DNA of 38,539 nt, from NCBI GenBank assembly GCA_027000105.1, contig JALTOP010000427.1, forward strand, positions 1-38,539. The letters run 5' to 3'. The notes under the pieces are model-generated. The model was not told the origin of the DNA. It did no database searches and saw nothing but the letters and a program-made list of their open reading frames with translations. Each line of letters begins with the position of its first letter. The stretch's first letter is position 1. The position numbers and the translations under genes are program-made. Positions 29,437-38,539 of this stretch are shown here, piece after piece. The stretch comes from Planctomycetaceae bacterium (GTDB lineage: Bacteria; Planctomycetota; Planctomycetia; Planctomycetales; Planctomycetaceae).

Positions 29437-30006
29437 CTACAACATCCAGGGGAGTAACGGCTTGTGAGTCGCGTAGGAAGCAATCAGCAACGCCCACGTG
29501 GCCAAGGCAATCGGCAGCGCATAGGCCATGATTCGTCGCTTCTGCTTTTCCTGAACGGTCTCCTGTTTCCGCTTCTCGCCCGTTTTGGTCGGCTTGCCCG
29601 TGGCCAACAGTTTTTTCTTCATCTTCTTCGGGCCGATGGTCAATACATTCCCCAGCACGATAAATGCCGTCACAATAATGACAATCAATGTACTGCAGAT
29701 GAATACGTACAACGACCAACGAAAGCCGAGCCAGACGCTCAAGCCCCCCATCAACTTGACATCCCCGCCACCGCCACTGCCGATGATCCAGAGAATGAAC
29801 AGTATCCCAAACCCGATCAGAAAACCTGACGCTCCATCTCTGATCCCGGAAAACCCGTTAAAATAGCCCTGATAAACCCACCCCGCGAAAAACATCGGGA
29901 GAGTTAATTTATTCGGAATCTTCCAGTATTTCTGATCCCATATCACCGCTGCGAGGGTGTAAGCCACCACTGCAACGACAAATACAATCTCTTGTAACGA
30001 TTCCAT
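29437..30006 (-). CDS. cpaA: Prepilin peptidase CpaA/TadV (peptidase A24)
   Basis: Two catalytic Asp motifs, 'WDQKYWKIPNKL' and 'GGGDVKL'; C-terminal 'MAYALPIA'; multi-TM protein. Confidence 0.9.
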   Translation of the reverse strand: MESLQEIVFVVAVVAYTLAAVIWDQKYWKIPNKLTLPMFFAGWVYQGYFNGFSGIRDGASGFLIGFGILFILWIIGSGGGGDVKLMGGLSVWLGFRWSLYVFICSTLIVIIVTAFIVLGNVLTIGPKKMKKKLLATGKPTKTGEKRKQETVQEKQKRRIMAYALPIALATWALLIASYATHKPLLPWML

Positions 30007-30494
30007 AACCGGCCTCTATGCCAGTCCGGAGAAGGAATATTCCTCTTCAATGTCCCCGGACATGTCCCTAAGATCAAGGTTTTTTTGCTGAGAATCACGA
30101 AAATCGTTATGTCAGTTCATTTTGGTAAACAGACATTCCAACACACCATGATGCAAGCATAACACACGATTCCTTTCCATACCCCCTATGTTTCCCTTTT
30201 GAAACAAAATGCGCAGACAATCACCACTGGGTAGTGAACATAATCTGAATAACCGACACAACAGATCGAAAATGCATTTTCCCTCAGACTGGCAGACTCA
30301 GGAATCGCCAGATACAATGACGCCAAAGCGTGACTGGATGCGCGTAATCGCACATGCTCAAGAGAACACGTGACCAAAAGTCATCCTCGCTTATGTACCA
30401 TGACTATGACACAATGAACAGTATATGTAGCGGGTGTCATGGGCGAATCAAGATAAATTGAGCCTCAATGCCAAGCCTTGAAAGAGCACCAGGT

Positions 30495-31463
30495 ATGTCT
30501 ACTCCCAAAGTTTTTGTGACCAGAGAATACCCTTCTGTTGGCCTGAACAGGCTGATGCAGGAATGCGAAACAGAGGTATGGCCAGGGCCGCTTCCTCCTT
30601 CTCGTGAGGTGCTGTTAGAGAAAGTGAAGGGTTGTGATGGACTGCTGACCATGCTTTCGGACAAAATCGATGCAGAGTTGTTTGATGCAGCCGGCAGCCA
30701 ATTGAAGGTGGTCAGTCAATACGCTGTCGGTGTCCACAATATCGATTTGGAGCAGGCGCACAACAGAGCGATCGCGGTTGGTAACACGCCAGGCGTGCTC
30801 ACGGACGCAACGGCTGACATCGCCTTTGCCTTGCTGATCAGTTCTGCACGTCGGATGATCGAAGCACACGAAGCGATTCAGGCGGGAAAATGGAAAACGT
30901 GGGAACCGCTGGGATACATTGGTTGGGATCTGGTCGGCAAAACGATTGGGATTGTTGGTATGGGACGCATCGGTTACGCCATGGCGAAACGATGCCGAGG
31001 CGGTTGGGACATGAACGTGATTTACACCAGCCGTCATAATAAACCGGACGCCGAACAAAACCTGCAGGCTCGCCGGGTCGAGTTTGATGAACTGCTCGCT
31101 GAATCCGATTTCATTTCCGTTCATACCGACTTGAACGCGGAAACGGAAAAAATGTTCAATGCACAGGCGTTTGAAAAAATGAAGCCGAATGCCATTTTCA
31201 TCAATACCGCTCGGGGGGGCATTCATGATCAGCCCGCCCTTGTTCATGCGTTGAAAACCGGGCAAATAGGTGCAGCCGGTCTGGATGTGACCGATCCGGA
31301 GCCCCCGGCACTTTCCGATGAAATTCTCCATCTCCCCAATTGTATCGTCGCACCACACATTGGCAGCGCTACCACAAAAACAAGAAATGAAATGGCAGAA
31401 ATCGCCACCGACAATCTACTCAACGGCTTGCAAGGCAAACCGTTGCGTTGTGAAGTCAAATAG
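30495..31463 (+). CDS. D-2-hydroxyacid dehydrogenase (glyoxylate/hydroxypyruvate reductase, D-glycerate dehydrogenase family)
   Basis: Motifs 'AVGVHNID', 'NTPGVLTDATAD', 'GIVGMGRIG', 'INTARG', 'GLDVTDPEP', 'PHIGSAT'. ATG 30495 (alternative 30468). Confidence 0.92.
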   Translation: MSTPKVFVTREYPSVGLNRLMQECETEVWPGPLPPSREVLLEKVKGCDGLLTMLSDKIDAELFDAAGSQLKVVSQYAVGVHNIDLEQAHNRAIAVGNTPGVLTDATADIAFALLISSARRMIEAHEAIQAGKWKTWEPLGYIGWDLVGKTIGIVGMGRIGYAMAKRCRGGWDMNVIYTSRHNKPDAEQNLQARRVEFDELLAESDFISVHTDLNAETEKMFNAQAFEKMKPNAIFINTARGGIHDQPALVHALKTGQIGAAGLDVTDPEPPALSDEILHLPNCIVAPHIGSATTKTRNEMAEIATDNLLNGLQGKPLRCEVK

Positions 31464-31509
31464 GTTCCCAACAGTGGAAACAGACAACCGGGAAACCGGC
31501 AGGGCCTCT

Positions 31510-31570
31510 TTTCAGCCTTGAATAATTTTTTAGCGATAATTTTTTAGCGATAACTTTCAGCCTTGAATAA
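31510..31570. repeat. Nested direct repeats
   Basis: TTTCAGCCTTGAATAA at 31510-31525 and 31555-31570 flanks ATAATTTTTTAGCG x2 (31522-31535 and 31536-31549). Confidence 0.85.
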
Positions 31571-31588
31571 AACCGTACAGGAATCGTT

Positions 31589-32380
31589 ATGCCTAAAGGA
31601 GATGACTGGCAGGAATATCTTGCAGCAGCGATCAAAGCTGCCAGAGAAGCCGGGGCTGTATTGCTGAATTGGCGGGAAAAGTTCACGATTTCCGAAAAAG
31701 GGCGTTCGGATCTGGTTACCGATGCCGATTTCGATGCCCAGAAAACCATTTATGATCTTCTTCGCAACGCCTTCCCCACGCATAGTTTCCTGGGAGAAGA
31801 AGGACTGGAACACGCAGGAGAAGAGAGCGATTTTCGTTGGGTCATCGATCCGCTTGATGGCACCATGAATTACGTTCATGGTTTCCCTTATTATTCTGTT
31901 TCCATTGCGTTGGAATATCAGGGGAAAATTGTGGTTGCCGTGATCTACGATCCAACTCGCGATGATTTGTTCCATGCCTGTGAACATTCCGGAACATTCC
32001 TGAACGGAGACCGGGTGCATGTTTCGGGGGCCGAAAAACTGTCCGATTCTCTCTGTATCGCATCGCTTCCTGTCGCCGGGGATGCTGCCCACCCGGCGGT
32101 CAAAAAATTCCTGGCCGTGCTGCCGATTGCAAGAACCGTCCAACGCCTGGGCTCTGCCGCAATGAATCTGGCTTATCTCTCCTGCGGAAGGGCTGATGTT
32201 TACTGGTCTTCGACGCTCAAACCTTGGGATATGGCTGCAGGTATTCTTCTGGTGAAGGAAGCAGGCGGAAAAGTAACCCGACTCGATGGCTCGCCATACG
32301 ACATCTACAGCGGAGAAATCCTCGCCGTCTGTTCACATGATGTTCAGCAGGAAGTGATCCCCTTGTTGTGTCGTGAATAA
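31589..32380 (+). CDS. suhB: Inositol monophosphatase family protein (SuhB-like)
   Basis: Motifs 'DLVTDAD', 'LGEE', 'WVIDPLDGTMNY', 'GSAA', 'PWDMAAG'. GGA upstream of ATG. Confidence 0.88.
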   Translation: MPKGDDWQEYLAAAIKAAREAGAVLLNWREKFTISEKGRSDLVTDADFDAQKTIYDLLRNAFPTHSFLGEEGLEHAGEESDFRWVIDPLDGTMNYVHGFPYYSVSIALEYQGKIVVAVIYDPTRDDLFHACEHSGTFLNGDRVHVSGAEKLSDSLCIASLPVAGDAAHPAVKKFLAVLPIARTVQRLGSAAMNLAYLSCGRADVYWSSTLKPWDMAAGILLVKEAGGKVTRLDGSPYDIYSGEILAVCSHDVQQEVIPLLCRE

Positions 32381-32499
32381 TCGAAATTGAGACAGATAAA
32401 TTCGGGCATTTGCACGCGCGATCGGTTAAGATGCCGAAATCTCACGTTAAGTCGAGGTTCTCTTCACCCGTCGGGGCGAATAGAATGCTAGAATTGGGA

Positions 32500-32572
32500 C
32501 TGATCGCACTGAGGCTGATCGCACCCTGTCTGGTTTCGTATAACCTGTCTGATTTCGTATAACTTGTATAAC
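32500..32572. repeat. Cluster of short direct repeats
   Basis: CTGATCGCAC at 32500 and 32515; CTGTCTG(G/A)TTTCGTATAAC at 32526 and 32545; partial TTGTATAAC at 32564. Confidence 0.85.
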
Positions 32573-32676
32573 CTCGTGGCACTCAAAGTGTCATTCAAAC
32601 GCTACTGAATCTGTTCGGGATTCCTCGGTCGTAAACTTTTCGCCAACAGGTAAAACCACGGAATAGCGGTTCGTCG

Positions 32677-35600
32677 ATGGTATTCGCTTTAACGGAAAAC
32701 TCGTTGACGCTTTTACGAAGCGTTCGCATGGCCACTTTGGCTCTGCTTTCGCTGCTGCTGCTCACGTGGTGCTCCACCGCGCAGTCGCAGGAAGCTGCCA
32801 AGGGACCTTCGTTGAAAGGGAAAGAGATCACACCCATCCCGTTGAACCCACAGGCGAAACCGGGGGTGCCCTCACGAATAAGGCGAGACCTCATCTATAT
32901 GCCGGATTCCGAGGGGAAAATCAGGCCCGTTCCTCTGGATGTGACCATGGAGAAGTATCTCGACTGGCTCGATCGGGAGGATTCGGCGGCTCGATCCGGA
33001 TTGCCTGCCAACGTAATCGAAAATCTGCTTTGCAGGGGAAGCATCCAGTATTCCGCCAATCGGACTCCCTGGGCTTTTCTGTCCTGCCAACTGGAAATCG
33101 AAGTGCAGAACTCACCGCAGTGGCAGTTCATTCCGTTGAATATGAAAGAAGCGACACTGGCCGGCATGATTGAAAAGAACAGGCCCACCCGGAATGAAGG
33201 TCTGCTGCTGACACGGGAAGGGAAGGAGAATCAATGGGTTCTCTGGTACCGAAACCGTCGGCGAATCGATCTGACAGTCGATCTGTTTGTGCCGATCCAG
33301 GTTGCAGGTGACCAGCATCACCTGACCGTTTCGTTCCCCACGGCTTCCCGGACGGAACTGCAGTTCCAACTCGATCACAAGGAAGTCGCGCTCGAACTGA
33401 AAAGCAAAGGCTTCGATGTCGTTGAACAGAATGAAAAAGGAACCCTGATCACAATCAAGGGATTCAACCAGTTGGTCGATTTTTTCTGGTCGCCCATGCT
33501 GAAACAGTCGCAGATGCCTGCAGAATACGACGTCGATTCCCAAATTTATGTCACGCGGACAAGTGATTCAACCACGATCGACGCCACACAAAACATCACC
33601 GTGAAACGGGGCAAACTGGATCGTCTGAAAATACGCATCCCTTCCCCTTTCAATATCGACAGCGTCAAAGCAGACCAACCGTACGAATACTCGATCGGAA
33701 CGGATCGCTCGCTGATTACACTGATCTTCCAGAAGCCGATTGAAAAATCGGTGAAAATTGATTGGCAATTGACGGCTCCCATTCGGAAATTCGAATCGGA
33801 ACTGCTGCTGGATCAATTCGATGTCATGGGAGCGAAAACGCAAACAGGAAAAATTGCGATCCTGAAATCGCGGGATTGGCGGATTGGCCAAATTCCTTCC
33901 AAAACGAAAAATGTCTACCAGATTAATGTCAGGCAAATCCCCCGGGAGGGAAAGTATTCGCAGGCCTTCCAGTTCTACGGACAACCCTGGCGACTTGCCC
34001 TGGCGACGCAAAGAACGCAGGCAAGATATTCAGTCGACACATTTTACGATCTGAAAGCGGGAACTGATTCCCTTCAACTGACGGTCGATTTCGACATCAC
34101 CCCCCGCAATGGCACCATTGAATCGGTTCAACTCCAATGGCCCGAATTCACATCCGGTCAATGGACGATCGAGGAAATCGTGCAAGGTTCGAGCGGCTTG
34201 TCGATCAACTGGAGTATCGACGGAAAACTTGATCTGCCCCGCTGGGACAAAAAAGACACGATTCGACTGGTCGCCTCGCGGAAGATGGAGAAACCCTCTG
34301 CCGAAGTCGCCGGGAAAAAGGATAAACTTCCCTTTTCGCTGCCACGAATATCGACTTCCGATTCCCACACAGAACAGCAGATTCTGAGAATCACATCCGA
34401 TGCCGGTTCTTATGAATTGATCCTCACCGGAACGGGGTTCCAAAAATTGAACGCGGAAGAAATTTCGCCCGATCTGGCGGCCAGAGAAATCTACAATTCT
34501 GGTAATGGAAGATTCTCCCGCCAAAGCTGGTATCGCATCACGGATTCCAAACAGGATATCTCCTTCACGTTCACCGAAATCATCAGAAAAGTTCGCTGTG
34601 AATCGGAAGTTCAAATTCGGCGAATCATTTCCATGCAAAAAAAGGCTGTCTATCGTCAGGTTCTGAACTACTCGATTTCGGAACTGGCAGCGGAACAGTT
34701 GATCGTTCGAGTTCCCACTTTGCCGACCAACTCAAACGCACAGCCAGGCTTGCAAAATGTTCGCTTCCTCGATGAATTGGGAAATGTGCTGGAGACCAGA
34801 TCAGGCACTCCATCCCGATCCGACTCGCGCATCCCTTCCAACTCGCCGGAAGATCGTGACACCGATTCCACCGGGAAGCAGATTCCATCTCCATCTCCCG
34901 ATCGGCTCTTGATCGTTCAACTGCCTCAACCTGTTCTGGGAGATTATCAATTGATCATTCAGGGAGAGCTTCCATTAAATACTTCCAACGAATCAGGCGA
35001 CGGAACAGGAGGCGGAACAGACAGCAGAACAGACAGCAGAACAGAAAAGTACAAGACAACGGTTCCTGTCTATCTTCCGTACCGGGCAGACCATTTTCTG
35101 TTAAAATTGTCGAATCGTTCGGCCTATCAAATCAGACCGATCGAAAACAGTTGGGTTTTGCAACTGGCCGATGATCAGTACCCTGCGGAAAAGTTGATTC
35201 CCGTCTGGAAAGGGGAGCCTGCCACCCAGACCATCCCATTGATGATCGACGTCAGTCGAAGCCGGCTGGATGAACAGATCGGTGCCGTTGAGGGGACAGT
35301 GGAAACCTGGATTTCCAGTCGTGGGCCCATCATGAGTGAACTCGTTTTCGACCTGACGCACATGCCCCCGCTTTTCAGCTTGAGGAACGTGGATAACTTT
35401 GAAATTGTCTCGGTTGACTGCTATTGGGATCAGGGATCGGGATCAGGCCGGGCGAACCTGACACTTGACCAGAACGACAATGGTCTTACCTACCTGCTAC
35501 CCGAAACGGTTGTCGGACGAACCGGCAAACTGGTTGTGAAAGTCATTCAAAAAGAGAATAAAACAGGTCTGTTGGGAAAATTGAAACTGGCCGTTCCTGA

Positions 35601-36237
35601 TCATTCCCTTGCGAGCCAGATCGCCTGGTTACAGTGGAGCATTCATTTCCCCGATGGAACGTACCTGTTTTCCCCTCCCCGCGGTCTGTCTGCCAACTAC
35701 AGTTGGCGATGGCAAACCCTGGGATTTCGTCGTGTCAACAACTCGAATAAATTACCACGATCCGGCACACCGGCGAATACCGTTGTGCCGCCCGGCGATA
35801 ATTCCTACTCATTCACCAGTGTCGGCTGGATCGATCAGATCGAAATCCGATGTATCGGGCGTGGCTTGCTGATGGTCATCGGAACCGGTATCCCATTGAT
35901 TGTTGCGCTCTTCTTCGCTGGAAGACCCCGCGATCAAAAACTTCGTGGGGCGTTGTTGCTTGTCGCGCTGACAGGGGCAGTTGTAACCCAATTTCCGGAA
36001 CAGATGGCGATCCTTGCGCAACCATTACTGATCGGCATCTTTTTCACACTGCTGGCGACCTGGGTGGCAGGGAAGTTGCGTTCTTCCCAGGAAGACCCGA
36101 CCCTGATCATTATTGGCCCTTCCCATACGCAGGGAAGTGATGCAACCGCGGAGCCTGTCATCTCCTTTCACGATCCTGCAGGCGACGAAGTGACCAAAAT
36201 ACAATCTCCCCCCGTTTCGAGTCTGGAGTCACCCTGA
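32677..36237 (+). CDS. Large hypothetical exported protein, beta-rich, with about three C-terminal TM helices
   Basis: 1186-aa ORF. Signal-peptide-like 'MATLALLSLLLLTWCSTAQS' (start may be 32728), alternating hydrophobic beta-strand patterns, and three hydrophobic helices near aa 1063-1132. Confidence 0.8.
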   Translation: MVFALTENSLTLLRSVRMATLALLSLLLLTWCSTAQSQEAAKGPSLKGKEITPIPLNPQAKPGVPSRIRRDLIYMPDSEGKIRPVPLDVTMEKYLDWLDREDSAARSGLPANVIENLLCRGSIQYSANRTPWAFLSCQLEIEVQNSPQWQFIPLNMKEATLAGMIEKNRPTRNEGLLLTREGKENQWVLWYRNRRRIDLTVDLFVPIQVAGDQHHLTVSFPTASRTELQFQLDHKEVALELKSKGFDVVEQNEKGTLITIKGFNQLVDFFWSPMLKQSQMPAEYDVDSQIYVTRTSDSTTIDATQNITVKRGKLDRLKIRIPSPFNIDSVKADQPYEYSIGTDRSLITLIFQKPIEKSVKIDWQLTAPIRKFESELLLDQFDVMGAKTQTGKIAILKSRDWRIGQIPSKTKNVYQINVRQIPREGKYSQAFQFYGQPWRLALATQRTQARYSVDTFYDLKAGTDSLQLTVDFDITPRNGTIESVQLQWPEFTSGQWTIEEIVQGSSGLSINWSIDGKLDLPRWDKKDTIRLVASRKMEKPSAEVAGKKDKLPFSLPRISTSDSHTEQQILRITSDAGSYELILTGTGFQKLNAEEISPDLAAREIYNSGNGRFSRQSWYRITDSKQDISFTFTEIIRKVRCESEVQIRRIISMQKKAVYRQVLNYSISELAAEQLIVRVPTLPTNSNAQPGLQNVRFLDELGNVLETRSGTPSRSDSRIPSNSPEDRDTDSTGKQIPSPSPDRLLIVQLPQPVLGDYQLIIQGELPLNTSNESGDGTGGGTDSRTDSRTEKYKTTVPVYLPYRADHFLLKLSNRSAYQIRPIENSWVLQLADDQYPAEKLIPVWKGEPATQTIPLMIDVSRSRLDEQIGAVEGTVETWISSRGPIMSELVFDLTHMPPLFSLRNVDNFEIVSVDCYWDQGSGSGRANLTLDQNDNGLTYLLPETVVGRTGKLVVKVIQKENKTGLLGKLKLAVPDHSLASQIAWLQWSIHFPDGTYLFSPPRGLSANYSWRWQTLGFRRVNNSNKLPRSGTPANTVVPPGDNSYSFTSVGWIDQIEIRCIGRGLLMVIGTGIPLIVALFFAGRPRDQKLRGALLLVALTGAVVTQFPEQMAILAQPLLIGIFFTLLATWVAGKLRSSQEDPTLIIIGPSHTQGSDATAEPVISFHDPAGDEVTKIQSPPVSSLESP

Positions 36238-36484
36238 TGAAGCCGCATCAGTGCGATCCGCCAAACCAGGAGAGCCACCGTTTGCGATCCATCCGCGATT
36301 ATCCCGCTGTCATTGATGCCAAAAACGAACCCCATAAGAAAGCAGACTGTTCGTGTGACGAAACTCGTCAATTGAATTGAAAAACAGAATAAAAGGAAAA
36401 AACTGAATCATCAAAGATGAAAGACATCACCATCACTCACCGTTTCATTCTGTTGCCAGGCAGCAGTAATCCGCTACGTAGAAC

Positions 36485-38539
36485 ATGAGCCAGTTGACCA
36501 AATATTTTCTGAAACTGTTATGCTTCCTGATTGCCATCAGCGCAGCAATAATGCCCGACAGCCGCCCCGCTTATGCGCAGAAATATGGGCAGAAGCAGAC
36601 ATTACAGGAATTCAGAAAGATTTACGTTCCCGAAGAATTGCCCGATTCCTGGCCGCCCGGTAATTGGCAACCATTTTCCTCAAAAAAATATTTTCAACTA
36701 CTGGAGCAGCAGAGCAAAAACAGTGCTCAACTCTCACAGGCCGGCATGATGCAGGCCCACTACCAGGCGACTTTTCGTGATGGACAACTTGTTGACGGGA
36801 AACTGACAGGCCGGTTCAGTTCCGAACAGGTTGCAAGCTGGAAAAACCTGGGAACAACCAACATCCAGTTGCATTCTCTTCGCTGGAAACAGGGGAAGAC
36901 AGATTGGGGCACAAACTCCGCTGGCCAGATCTTCATTCATCAGCGAGAAAAACAGACAGATCTGCAAGGCGACTGGAGCCTGAATGGTGTCGAGGGGAAT
37001 CAGGGAACACGGTTCGTTTTCAGGTTTCTTCGAGCGACACAAACGACGCTGCAACTGATTCTGCCCGCTTCTTTCCAGTTGAATTTTAGCGAAAGAACTC
37101 CCCCACCCTGCTTCGTAAAAGAACTTTCTCCCCGGTTGAAACAGTGGACTGTCTTTCTTTCGTCCCGGTCGGAATTGACCTTTTCCATCTCGCCGATTTC
37201 CAACGCGGTCGATAATCATCTGCTGATTTCCCGCCCCGTCCATTTACTCACTCTGGGAGTTTCCGAACAGAAATTCGTGACCGATTTCCAGGTTGAAATA
37301 CCGGGACAGACGGAAACCCGGGTCAATTTGTTTCTGCCCAAAGGATTCACGGCCGAACGGATTGAAATTGCCAAAAAAAAACTGACTGCCTGGGAATCCA
37401 CTCCGGGCAGCGATCAATTTTCTGAAGGGACGATCATTCCTGTCCGGCTACATAGCGACAGGGTTGACGCCCCAATCACTGTCCGGGTTTCCGGCCATCT
37501 GAACCAGAAAGATCATCGCCGGGTTTCCACTACTTTCCCCAGGCTTGTCGATGCCATTCAGATGCACGCTCAAATGACAGTGGTTGTCGAGGCACCGCTA
37601 CGGACAACCGACCTTTCAACCAGGGATCTCTATCAGATTGACGCTCGGGTTGGGCCGGGGATTCGGGATGCCTGGTCTTTCGCAGCCGATGGAATCAACC
37701 CCTCAATCGATATCTCTATAGATATCCCTGTTCCCCGATTGCAGGTCGAACAGCTTGTGATGTGCGGAATGCAACAGAAGCAGGTACATGAATTGAAGTA
37801 TTTCATGTTCTGGAAAACGGACGAGGAAGGATTGTTCACGGCGAAGTTCAACCTGATTTCCGGCTATGAAGTCGAAGAGATTCTGATTCTCTCACAGGCG
37901 AATCAGGAAGTCCCGTTTTCCTGGAATCTGAGAACCGAACAGGATCGCAGGAAACTACTGATTCATCTTTCAAATGAAATGGTTCCGGGACAGAAATTAT
38001 CCGTTTCCATCACGCTGCGGCCCCGTTCGTCCGGGAATCGACAAACTCGAATAACAATCCCCGCCCTGAAGTTGATCAATGGCGATCTGCTGGAAGACAA
38101 ACTCCTGATTACCCAGTCAGCAAACCTGAAGCCGTTTCCCCACAACGCCCCTCTCAAAAAGATCCCGCTGGATCAAATCAGAAAATGGGCCTCTGTCTGG
38201 AAAGAACTATCCATCGTGTACAGCGACCCCGAACATCAGTGGCTGTGCAAAGATATTTCCCTTGCCAATCGGATTCTCATCAAAACAGATACCGAGACAG
38301 ACAAACTGATCAACCCACAGGCAATCCCTTTACCCGGTGATGCCATTACTCCCCCTGCGACCCAGGGGCAAATAAAGCAGATCTTTCCTCCCCGGACAGA
38401 CTGGAAAGGTGTCATCAAGGCAATCTGGCATCGCCCCGGTTCCAGAAATCCCAAGATACAAATTGAATACAAACGGCAAACGGAACAGGGCCAGCCCTTC
38501 CCGTCAGAACTGGAGTTTCCCGATGAAATCACTCTCGAT
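36485..38539 (+). CDS. Large hypothetical exported protein, 3'-truncated by the window edge (not in the supplied ORF track)
   Basis: My translation from ATG 36485 gives MSQLTKYFLKLLCFLIAISAAIMPDSRPAYAQKYGQKQTLQEFRKIYVPEELPDSWPPGNWQP. Spot checks at ~36960, 37020, 37560 and 38040 stay open in the same frame, which ends ...ELEFPDEITLD at 38539 (685 codons). I did not check every codon. Confidence 0.82.
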   Translation, partial: MSQLTKYFLKLLCFLIAISAAIMPDSRPAYAQKYGQKQTLQEFRKIYVPEELPDSWPPGNWQPFSSKKYFQLLEQQSKNSAQLSQAGMMQAHYQATFRDGQLVDGKLTGRFSSEQVASWKNLGTTNIQLHSLRWKQGKTDWGTNSAGQIFIHQREKQTDLQGDWSLNGVEGNQGTRFVFRFLRATQTTLQLILPASFQLNFSERTPPPCFVKELSPRLKQWTVFLSSRSELTFSISPISNAVDNHLLISRPVHLLTLGVSEQKFVTDFQVEIPGQTETRVNLFLPKGFTAERIEIAKKKLTAWESTPGSDQFSEGTIIPVRLHSDRVDAPITVRVSGHLNQKDHRRVSTTFPRLVDAIQMHAQMTVVVEAPLRTTDLSTRDLYQIDARVGPGIRDAWSFAADGINPSIDISIDIPVPRLQVEQLVMCGMQQKQVHELKYFMFWKTDEEGLFTAKFNLISGYEVEEILILSQANQEVPFSWNLRTEQDRRKLLIHLSNEMVPGQKLSVSITLRPRSSGNRQTRITIPALKLINGDLLEDKLLITQSANLKPFPHNAPLKKIPLDQIRKWASVWKELSIVYSDPEHQWLCKDISLANRILIKTDTETDKLINPQAIPLPGDAITPPATQGQIKQIFPPRTDWKGVIKAIWHRPGSRNPKIQIEYKRQTEQGQPFPSELEFPDEITLD

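Noticed and set aside
28732-29457. 241-aa + strand ORF across tadE
   Set aside because: It is antisense to tadE, and its ends simply translate the intergenic tandem repeats.
30186-30377. 63-aa minus-strand ORF upstream of cpaA as a possible Flp pilin
   Set aside because: It has no G/xxxxE processing motif and no pilin-like hydrophobic helix.
30007-30494. Sigma54 -24/-12 promoter for the tad operon (also sought upstream of actA)
   Set aside because: None of the TGGC occurrences I checked had TGC at the required spacing.

Overview
The window looks like ordinary chromosomal DNA from a planctomycete (Planctomycetaceae-like). This taxon is inferred from gene content and protein style, not from a marker gene. 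Left to right it carries: (1) an alternative complex III operon on the minus strand (actA-actB-actC-fused actDE-actF), probably continuing past the left edge; (2) a YfcE-type phosphoesterase divergent from methionine aminopeptidase; (3) an unusual membrane flavo-iron-sulfur protein (permuted TrxR/YpdA-like NADPH domain plus a NapH/NosR/CcoG-type membrane Fe-S domain) followed by a DUF547 gene; (4) folE, a Ca2+/Na+ antiporter and a sulfatase; (5) a DivIC/FtsB-like membrane protein, a degenerate sigma54-activator-like regulator lacking GAFTGA, and purine nucleoside phosphorylase; (6) a Tad/Flp pilus cluster with no pilin, secretin or CpaE; (7) a D-2-hydroxyacid dehydrogenase and an inositol monophosphatase; (8) two large, apparently paralogous exported hypothetical proteins, the second cut by the right edge. 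I found no rRNA, tRNA, CRISPR array, transposase or integrase. The clearest non-coding pattern is that most intergenic spacers carry their own short (10-19 nt) imperfect tandem duplication. The best candidates for an undescribed system are the flavo-Fe-S/DUF547 pair and the large paralogous protein pair. All assignments come from reading motifs by eye; no database searches were run.
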